From a bacterium (lineage in GTDB: Bacteria > Hinthialibacterota > Hinthialibacteria > Hinthialibacterales > Hinthialibacteraceae), in contig JBHGBC010000080.1 of the NCBI GenBank assembly GCA_041946805.1, forward strand, positions 1-26,229: 26,229 nucleotides of DNA. The letters are read 5' to 3'. Below, one piece after another: positions 16,308-26,229 of the stretch; the stretch's first letter is position 1, and every line of letters starts with the position of its first letter. The position numbers and the translations under genes were made by a program. The notes below the pieces were generated by a model. That model had not been told where the DNA came from. It saw only the letters and a program-made list of their open reading frames with translations, and made no database searches.

Positions 16308-16838
16308 CTATTTTTTGTTGACGCGAGCCAGCACTTTATCCGTGATGTCAAATTTGGGATCGACATAAAAAAGATAACTGCGGCTGAAGATGAAGGAATA
16401 TTTTTCTTCCTTCGCGATATCCTCGATGGTGGCCTTGAGTTTCTGCACGAGCGGCTCGAGCCGCTTTTCGCGTTCCTGGTCCCACTTTTGCGCTTCCGTT
16501 TCGAGCTGCTGCCGGAAGGTGTTGGCTTCGAGTTTCAACGAATCTTCCTGCTGCTTGGCCGATTCGGAGGGCAGCAATTCCTTTTGCAATTCAAAGCCTT
16601 CCCATTCTTTTTGAATCGACTGGCTCTTTTTGCGCAACTCCTGCATTTTCGAAGTGTAAATCGATTTCAATTCATCGGATATTTTCTTGTATTCGATCCA
16701 TTCGCTATGAATCCGTTGCAAGTCCACGAAGCCGAGCTTGATTTGCGCTGATTGGGCCCATCCCGCCGGGGCGCCGAACCAAATCACCCAAACCGCCAGG
16801 CAGCCGGCGTAACGAACCAAGGGCCGAAAAGAGAACAT
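16308..16838 (-). CDS. skp: OmpH/Skp periplasmic chaperone (176 aa)
   Basis: ATG 16838 with GGAGG RBS; signal peptide, KLGFVDLQRI, long coiled coil, DITDKVL C-terminus; lies between bamA and lpxD. Confidence 0.93.
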   Translation of the reverse strand: MFSFRPLVRYAGCLAVWVIWFGAPAGWAQSAQIKLGFVDLQRIHSEWIEYKKISDELKSIYTSKMQELRKKSQSIQKEWEGFELQKELLPSESAKQQEDSLKLEANTFRQQLETEAQKWDQEREKRLEPLVQKLKATIEDIAKEEKYSFIFSRSYLFYVDPKFDITDKVLARVNKK

Positions 16839-16931
16839 GTCGATACCTCCCATGCATGAAATCGCTGCGGTTATTCTATCCGGCTTCCCGGCAAAACACA
16901 CCCCCCGCGTGGTCCGTCCGGATTCCGGAGC

Positions 16932-19321
16932 TTAAAAACTTTGCCCGAAGCTGAAGTGGAAGAACTCCGTGTCGTCCTCGTCGAATTTGCGGATGGGGAA
17001 CGCGAAATCCACGCGCAGCAGGGCGTTCAATCCGGGGATGCGCACCCGCATGCCCACGCCCGTGCTGAAGCGGAAGTCCGCGGGATTGATGTCGCCGATT
17101 TCCGGCCAGTTCGTGCCCATGTCCACGAACGTGACCGCCTGGAAGATTTCCGTGATCGGGTAACGCAATTCCACGTTCCCCACGAAGTCCGCCTCGCCGC
17201 CGAGGTAGGTGCGGAAACCGCCGGTGGGGCTGATGTAACGGATATCGGCGTATTCCCCGATTCCGCCTTCATCGAAGCCGCGGATGGAGTTGGAACCGCC
17301 CACGAAGAACCGTTCCTGCAGCGGGATGAAGCCCGGATCGCCATATGCGTAGGCCAAGTCCATTTGGCCCGAGAGGGCCAGGACCAGCCGCTCGTACACC
17401 GGCATGAAATAATTGACCAGATTCCGCCATTTGATGAATTCGTTATCGGTCAGGCCGGCCACTTCGAGCGTGGAGCGGTTGTAAAAGCCCGTCGTGGGAT
17501 CCAACCGGAAGTCGCGGCTGTCGTAGATGTAACCGAGCGACAGGCTGGTGGTGGTGTTTTCACCCAATTGGAACACTTCGGGCAGGGTGGATTCGTCGAT
17601 AACCACGCCTTCGCCCACATCGGGGGAGATGTCGGTTTGCTCTCCCTTGATTCCCAACAGCAGGGACAGCTCATCATCCAGCTTTTTGCCGATAGTCAGG
17701 CCGGAGCCGATCCGTTGTTCGTCGAACCGGCGCCCGCCGTACCCGTCCTGGTCGATGTAATAGACGTCCAGGTCGCCGCTGTAATCGGTGTTGAACAGGT
17801 GGGGTTCATACAGATTCAGGACGGCGCGGTTGCGGTATTCGCCCAGTTCGCCGGTGAGCGAACCGCGGATGCCGTATCCGAAAAGGTTCCGTTCGGAGAG
17901 GGTTGAAAAGACCGACGGGCCGAAGGCGGTGCTGAAGCCGCCGCCGAAGGTCAGCGCCCCGGTCTGTTTTTCCTCCAGTTGCAGCAGCAGGTTTTCGGTG
18001 TTGGGATCGGAAATGAGGGGTTGCCGGATGAAGCCGGGGACCAGGTTGGTCTGGCCGGGCTGGGGCAGGCCCTTGGTTTTGAAGTAGTCGAGATTGACCA
18101 GGTTCCGGTCGCTTTCGATCACCTGGGTCCAATCGAGCGGATCGCCTTCTTGGAGCTCGATTTCCCGCCGGATGACGAAGTCCTTGGTGCGGAATTCGCC
18201 TTCCTCGGTGGGAACCACGGTGCCGTCGGCGAGGGAGACCACCCCCTGGATTTCGACTTTCCCCAAGTATTTCCGGGTGCTTTCGTTGACCTGGAAATTG
18301 ACGTCACACACCAGGTTATCCTTGTCGGGATTGAGTTGGAAGGGAATGGTGGTGTCCAGGTAGCCTTGCGCCCGGTAGAGGTTCACCATGGCCAGGCGGT
18401 CCATCTGCAGGGTGCTGTAAGAAAAGAGATCGCCGGGACGGAACGTGATCGGCTTGCGCAATTCCTCCTGCGAGAAGATGGTGTTGCCCTCGACCGTGAT
18501 GTTGCCGACCGTATAGGGTTTTCCTTCCTCGACGCGGAAGGTGATCTTGAGGCCCCCATCGATGTTTTCCACGGGATCCTTGGTGGCTTTGGCGTCCAGG
18601 TAGCCGATATCGCGATAGGCCAGTTCGATGATCGACAAGTCGCGCTCGGCCATGGCTTCGTCGTACTGGTGTTTGACGATGAACCAGAACGACTCCTTGG
18701 TCTGGATGCGCTTGCGCAGGGCCTTGGCGGGGATGACCGTGTTGCCCTCGAAAACGATTTCCTTGACCGGCAAGCGTTCGCCTTCCTTGATCTGGAAGAT
18801 CAGGAAGACGGTGCCAGGCTCTTTCGCCGGCTCGGTGCGAAAGGTGATTTCGGTGTGGGGAAACGATTTTTCGGTGTAGTAGGCCAGGATCTTGGTTTTC
18901 AGCTTGTCGGCCAGGGATTCGTCATAAAACAGCCGTTGCTTGGGGGTGTAGCCGATTTCCTCGTTGAGTTTCTTGGCCTTGTACCGCTGGTTGCCTTCGT
19001 AACGCAGATCCGCCACCAGGGGCTTTTCCACGACTTCAAAGATCAAATTTCTCCCGCCCGCCGCCGGTTCCTCGGAAACCGTTACGTCTTCAAAATATCC
19101 CAACGCATAGATGGCCCGGAAGTCATCCCGGATGCGCATGGCCGTGGCCGTGGAGGTCAACTCATCCCCCGGCTGCGTCTGGATGACTTCGAACACCTCT
19201 TTTTTGTCCACATGCACCGTGCCCTCGACCAGGACCTCCACGATCTTTTCCGCGGTCGAAAGGCTGGGACCGGCCAGCACCAAGGTGAATAACCCTAGAT
19301 GGATGATAAGAGACCGCTGGT

Positions 19322-19325
<4 letters not shown>
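16932..19325 (-). CDS. bamA: Outer membrane protein assembly factor BamA (~797 aa; proposed CTG start)
   Basis: Five POTRA repeats, Omp85 barrel with IRGF motif and C-terminal Phe. The CTG at 19325 has AAGGAGGT 6 nt upstream and restores a complete signal peptide; the first canonical start is TTG 19283. Confidence 0.93.
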
Positions 19326-21775
<2,450 letters not shown>

Positions 21776-21917
21776 CGGTTCATACTCCTGCTTTGGCTTT
21801 CGTGTCAGATCCTGTATTCAGGACGCGGCCGGAACCGGCCGTCCGGCCCCGGCGTCGTTCCGGCGCGGCGGATCATCACGGCCCGGTGGATGCCCATGGA
21901 TGACAGAACACTTCGCC

Positions 21918-22985
21918 CTAGGTATTTACAGAATCCCCGTTTTGGATCCAGTTGCGCACCAGCTCCGCCCGCCATTCGTCCCGTTCCGGCGGTGTGAGCG
22001 GCCGTCCCGCCAGTTTTTGCAGATGGGCGGGCCGGACCGAGATAATCATCGCGTTGATGCTTTCGTACGACGGCGTGTCCAGGATGCCCACGGCGCGGCC
22101 CAGGCGGATGGAGGAGATGAGTTCGATGGCTTCGTTGGAGCTCATCACCTGGGCGTAGCGCAGGGTGGCGTAGGCGCGCCAGACGCGGTCCTCGATGCCT
22201 CGCCGGTTTTCCTCCATCAACTGGTCTTGGGCCCGGCGTTCCTGTTCCAAAATCTGCTGGAGGATCTTTTCGATCTTGGTGATGGTGTCCTGCTCGGAGA
22301 TTCCCAGCGTCCATTGGTTGGATATTTGGAAGAGGTTGCCCGCGATCTCGCTGCCCTCGCCGGAGAGGCCGCGCACGGTGAGGCCGATCTGCGTGACCGC
22401 GGCGAGGACCTTTTCGATCCGGCGGGAGATGACCAGGGCGGGCAGGTGGACCATCACGGAGCAGCGGATGCCGGTGCCGACGTTGGTGGGGCAGGCGGTC
22501 AGGAAGCCGAAGGTGTTGGAAAAGGCGTAGGTGATGCGCTTTTCCAGTTCGTCGTCCGCCGTGTTGATCAGCTCCCACGCCTGCCGCAGGTTGGAGCCGG
22601 CCAGCAGCGCCTGGAGGCGCAGGTGATCCTCCTCGTTGATCATGATGCTGATGGTCTGGCCGGGGCGGATGGCCACGTAGCGCTCGATGCCGCTCTTGGC
22701 CAGTTCGCGGCTGATCATGTACCGCTCGGCCAGAAAATGGCGGTCGACCGGTTCGAGGTCCTCGATGCTGAGGACATCGGCCGCATGCAGGAGCGGCGAG
22801 GCCCGCACCGCCTTTTGCGCCGTCTCCGCGATCCGTTTGAGATCGGTGGACGAAGCCCATTGGGAGAAGGGGATGCCTTCGATATTCCGGGCCAGGCGGA
22901 TCCGGCTGCTCACGACCCGCTCATCCGAAGGGGTCCCGGCTTTAAGCCAGCCGCATTCTGAGACCAATGATTTAGGCAGTTCCAT
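21918..22985 (-). CDS. mcsB: Protein arginine kinase McsB (355 aa)
   Basis: SSRIRLARN, MINEEDHLR, LTACPTNVGTG, FQISNQ and C-terminal RD..RA motifs. Confidence 0.96.
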   Translation of the reverse strand: MELPKSLVSECGWLKAGTPSDERVVSSRIRLARNIEGIPFSQWASSTDLKRIAETAQKAVRASPLLHAADVLSIEDLEPVDRHFLAERYMISRELAKSGIERYVAIRPGQTISIMINEEDHLRLQALLAGSNLRQAWELINTADDELEKRITYAFSNTFGFLTACPTNVGTGIRCSVMVHLPALVISRRIEKVLAAVTQIGLTVRGLSGEGSEIAGNLFQISNQWTLGISEQDTITKIEKILQQILEQERRAQDQLMEENRRGIEDRVWRAYATLRYAQVMSSNEAIELISSIRLGRAVGILDTPSYESINAMIISVRPAHLQKLAGRPLTPPERDEWRAELVRNWIQNGDSVNT

Positions 22986-23040
22986 GATTCCTACGTGTCT
23001 TTCCGGGAGCGGCCCGGAAAACAGCCGTCCGGGGGATGGC

Positions 23041-23559
23041 TTATTGGTTTTCGTACTTGGACAAGTCGTTTTCCCATTGGCGGATCTGGTCGCGCAGCTT
23101 GGCGGCGGTTTCGTAGTTTTCGCGGCTGACCGCCTCCTTCAACTGCATCCGCAGATCCGATACGTTCCGGCGCAGGACCAGTTGGATGTTGCCTTTGCCC
23201 GGCACCTTGCCCGTGTGTTTGATTTCCTTCTGGACTTTTTGCAGCAGCGGTTTCAACTCGGTGCAAAAGGTGTCGTAGCAGACGGCGCATCCCAGGCGGC
23301 CGCTTTCCTTGAATCCCCCGTTCGAAAGGCCGCACGCGGGGCAGGTCTGGTGCGTGACCGGTTCGGCGGCCGTTTCCGCCTTGCCCGGGAAGCCGCCGGA
23401 CAAAAAATCCTCGATGGAGAAGCCGGGATTGATGGCCGCGCCTTCGATTCCGCATTCATGCGAACAATCGTGGCAGATATGGATCGAGTATTTCTTGTTG
23501 TCTTTTAGCTGTGTGATATGAATCTTCGCCGGGTTTTTCTTGCATATTTCACAAATCAT
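23041..23559 (-). CDS. mcsA: McsB activator McsA (172 aa)
   Basis: Start at ATG 23559; four CxxC motifs (CEIC, CHDC, CPAC, CAVC), HTGKVP and C-terminal UVR motif ENYETAAKLRDQI. Confidence 0.95.
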   Translation of the reverse strand: MICEICKKNPAKIHITQLKDNKKYSIHICHDCSHECGIEGAAINPGFSIEDFLSGGFPGKAETAAEPVTHQTCPACGLSNGGFKESGRLGCAVCYDTFCTELKPLLQKVQKEIKHTGKVPGKGNIQLVLRRNVSDLRMQLKEAVSRENYETAAKLRDQIRQWENDLSKYENQ

Positions 23560-23669
23560 GGTCCCACCCTCTTTTTTCGTTTCCCGCGACTTCACACACC
23601 TCACCCGAAATCCTCTCTCTCGTGTAACCTCAACCAGCGGCTCGATTCGTCCGTTCCCATCCGACTCCC

Positions 23670-24593
23670 TTAAATCAACACCCCGTCGGTTTCCGTGAGG
23701 CGGATGAACGCTTCCATCAGCCGGGAGGTGATGGGCCCCCGGCTGCCCGCGCCGATGGTCCGGCCGTCGATGACCGCCACCGGGACCACGCGCGCCGCCG
23801 TGCCGGTCAGGAAGCATTCATCCGCGTTGAACAGGTCGGTCAGCGACACATGATCCTCGCGGTGGGGAATCCCCAGGGTGGCGGCCAGTTCCAGGACCGC
23901 CTCGCGGGTGATGCCGGGCAGGGCGCCGTCGTTGACAGGCGGGGTGATCACCTCGCCGCGGCTCACGATGAAGAGATTGTCGGCCGTGGCTTCGGCCACG
24001 TAGCCCATGTGGTTGAGGAATACGGCCTCGGCGGCCCCTTGCCGGTTCGCGTCCAGCTTGGCCAGGATGTTGCACAGGTAATTCAGCGATTTGATCTGGG
24101 GGGGCAGCGCGTCGGGTAGGTTCCGGCGGATGGCGGTGGTGACCAGCGTCAAGCCCGTGTCGTACATTTCCTTGGGGTAGAGTTTGATCCGGTCCACGAT
24201 AACCACCACCTTGGCCACGGGGCATTTGCGGGGATCCAGCCCCAGGTCGCCGTCGCCCCGGCTCACCACCAGCCGCACGTAGAGCGGATTGGTGTTGGCG
24301 GCCAGGTCCACGCCGTTGGTCTCCGCCCACACCCGGGCGGTGGCGCGGATTTCGTCGATCAACTCCGGCTTCGACATGCCGATATTCAGGTTGATGATCT
24401 TGGCCGAGCGGAACAGGCGGTTCATGTGCCGTTCGCCGCGGAAAATCCGGTTTCCGTAGATGCGGATGCCCTCGAATACACCGTCGCCGTACAGAAATCC
24501 GTGGTCGAACACGGAAATCCGGGCGGTATCCCGCGTGTATTGTTCCCCGCCGATGGATATCGCGGGAACCGTGGTGGTGGTGATCACTTCCAT
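23670..24593 (-). CDS. ilvE: Branched-chain amino acid aminotransferase (PLP fold type IV, 307 aa)
   Basis: SVFDHGFLYGDGVFEGIR, YVRLVVSRG.GDLGLDP, IKSLNY (PLP lysine), LPGITR, FLTGTAA; AGGAGG RBS. Confidence 0.92.
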   Translation of the reverse strand: MEVITTTTVPAISIGGEQYTRDTARISVFDHGFLYGDGVFEGIRIYGNRIFRGERHMNRLFRSAKIINLNIGMSKPELIDEIRATARVWAETNGVDLAANTNPLYVRLVVSRGDGDLGLDPRKCPVAKVVVIVDRIKLYPKEMYDTGLTLVTTAIRRNLPDALPPQIKSLNYLCNILAKLDANRQGAAEAVFLNHMGYVAEATADNLFIVSRGEVITPPVNDGALPGITREAVLELAATLGIPHREDHVSLTDLFNADECFLTGTAARVVPVAVIDGRTIGAGSRGPITSRLMEAFIRLTETDGVLI

Positions 24594-24683
24594 GTCGCCT
24601 CCTGGCGGCCAGCGCCGCGCCGGTCAAACCTACGCTTCATTTCTCTTTAATTTCTTTAATTAGTAAGTCTACATGAAGGCTCT

Positions 24684-26153
24684 TTATTCTCCAAGTCGGG
24701 ATGCGTATTGTCTCAGGTAAAACACCCCGCTCTCCGGATCCCGGAGGAACCGGTAAAAGGAACGGCCCGGGAATGCCTTCATCAGTATGATGTTGCGTTC
24801 GCCCAGATCCCACGCGTAGACCACCTCCGCCGCGGCGGGATCGGGCGCGTTGCGGATCAGATCGCCCTGGGTCATGTCTCCGGCCGGCGATCCGGCGATC
24901 ACCACGGCGTGACGCAAGCGGTGGTATTTTACCAGCCGTTCCAATATGCGCCGTTCGTAAATTTGCCGATAGTAGAAACGACTCTCCATTATACCCGCCG
25001 CGGCGGAAAACAAGATCCCCCCGATCAATCCCATCCGGCCAATCCGCCGCCAACGGATGTTATCCAGCGCGGCGCGGCTGACTCCCCGGGCCGCCAGCAG
25101 CGAGAAGAAACCCAGGCTTTCATAGTAAAACCGGGGGCCGTATTGGTTGCCTCCTTCCGCGGGATAGAGGACATACCCCAAGGGCAACAGAACCGCCGCC
25201 GCCGCGAAAGTCCGGATCCAGGGATCTGACCGTCCTTTCCATGCGCCCAGCGCCGCCAGCAGAGGCATTCCGGGAAAAGTCCAGAGCAACAGGCGGCCGA
25301 GGTTGCGGGCCAGATGCGTGGCCGCCTCCCGCGGACCGTAGGTTTGAATTTCCACATAGTCGAACAGAGTGATGCGCCGCTCGCCGAAGCCCAGCCGCTC
25401 GCTCTCGAGCAAGTACCGCGCCGGGCAGAACCAGCGTCCGGTGAGTTCGGCGTTATACCAAACATACAGCAATAGTCCGGGCAGCGCGCCCAGGAGAAAA
25501 CCACCCAAAAACCTCATCCGCCGGGGTGACCGGTAAACGGCCGCCAGGACCGGCAAACTCAGCAGCAACCCGGCGGTCATCTCCCGGACGGAAAACGTCC
25601 AACTGAAGGCGGCCCCCGCCAGGACCGCCCATCCCGGATGCCCGGCCCGGTCCGCCAGCAGCAGAAACCAAACCGTAATCAGCACACCCAACAAACAGGC
25701 GGGATGCGAAAAATACGATGCGCTGTTCCATAGGAAAAAGGGAGAGACGGCCGCGAACAGCACGGTCAGCCAGGCCTCGCGCGGTCCGGACACCATTTTC
25801 CCCACCTGAAAGAGAACCACGGCCGTGGCGGCGGCGAGGAGGGGATTGATCCAGTCCTCCAGGCCGGTTTTCACTCCCAGGGCCAGGATCAGCGGCCACC
25901 CCGGGGGAAAGATGGAAAACACCCGGCCGTTATGCGTGATGATAAAGAACGGATTGAGAAATTCCTGGGCGGGATGCGCGGCGGCGGTGATCCGGCCTTC
26001 CGCGAACAACCGGGCCTGGTAAAGATAGGCGTGCTCGTCGGCGGAATTCGGGAAATGCTGCAGGATCAACGCTCCAATGCCGTAAGCGGCCAACGCGGAG
26101 GCGACGGCCGTGAGGAGCAAGAAGGAGTGGTTTAATTGATTGAATTTTTCCAT
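24684..26153 (-). CDS. Polytopic membrane glycosyltransferase, GT-C fold (ArnT/PMT-like, 489 aa)
   Basis: N-terminal TM followed by the ADE..Y loop motif (SADEHAYLYQA), FPPGWP, ~11 hydrophobic segments, late GPRFY motif and a soluble C-terminal tail. Confidence 0.8.
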   Translation of the reverse strand: MEKFNQLNHSFLLLTAVASALAAYGIGALILQHFPNSADEHAYLYQARLFAEGRITAAAHPAQEFLNPFFIITHNGRVFSIFPPGWPLILALGVKTGLEDWINPLLAAATAVVLFQVGKMVSGPREAWLTVLFAAVSPFFLWNSASYFSHPACLLGVLITVWFLLLADRAGHPGWAVLAGAAFSWTFSVREMTAGLLLSLPVLAAVYRSPRRMRFLGGFLLGALPGLLLYVWYNAELTGRWFCPARYLLESERLGFGERRITLFDYVEIQTYGPREAATHLARNLGRLLLWTFPGMPLLAALGAWKGRSDPWIRTFAAAAVLLPLGYVLYPAEGGNQYGPRFYYESLGFFSLLAARGVSRAALDNIRWRRIGRMGLIGGILFSAAAGIMESRFYYRQIYERRILERLVKYHRLRHAVVIAGSPAGDMTQGDLIRNAPDPAAAEVVYAWDLGERNIILMKAFPGRSFYRFLRDPESGVFYLRQYASRLGE

Positions 26154-26229
26154 GAAAACAGGGCTGAAAGAATTTGGCTCGATCGAGCCACATTCGATGG
26201 TTCATCCGGGAAATGAGTACTTGATGGTG

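Overview
GC-rich DNA from a diderm bacterium. The pilin family and gene order suggest a poorly studied candidate phylum such as Sumerlaeota or OLB16/Hinthialibacterota; this is an inference, not a checked result. The left half (1-12.6 kb) is an accessory, largely secreted/catabolic region. It encodes a cupin, an S9B dipeptidyl peptidase, two hypothetical proteins, two paralogous type IV prepilin-like proteins flanking a Tat-exported DUF4838-like protein, an ExuT-type MFS transporter and a GH28-like hydrolase. Its spacers are packed with several unrelated REP-like palindrome families and two diverged copies of a ~165-bp MITE-like element. The right half (13.0-26.2 kb) is one minus-strand run: GT-C glycosyltransferase, ilvE, mcsA, mcsB, clpC, bamA, skp, lpxD-like, lpxC-fabZ fusion, lpxA. 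Most notable: (i) the full-length LpxD homologue has lost both active-site histidines and its substrate loops, so it is probably a pseudoenzyme, while LpxA and LpxC-FabZ are intact; (ii) bamA most likely starts at a CTG codon overlapping the clpC stop, linking the phospho-arginine/ClpC module to outer-membrane biogenesis; (iii) the pilin-like paralogues sit among carbohydrate-use genes; (iv) an uncharacterised protein carries a duplicated Cys-His motif.
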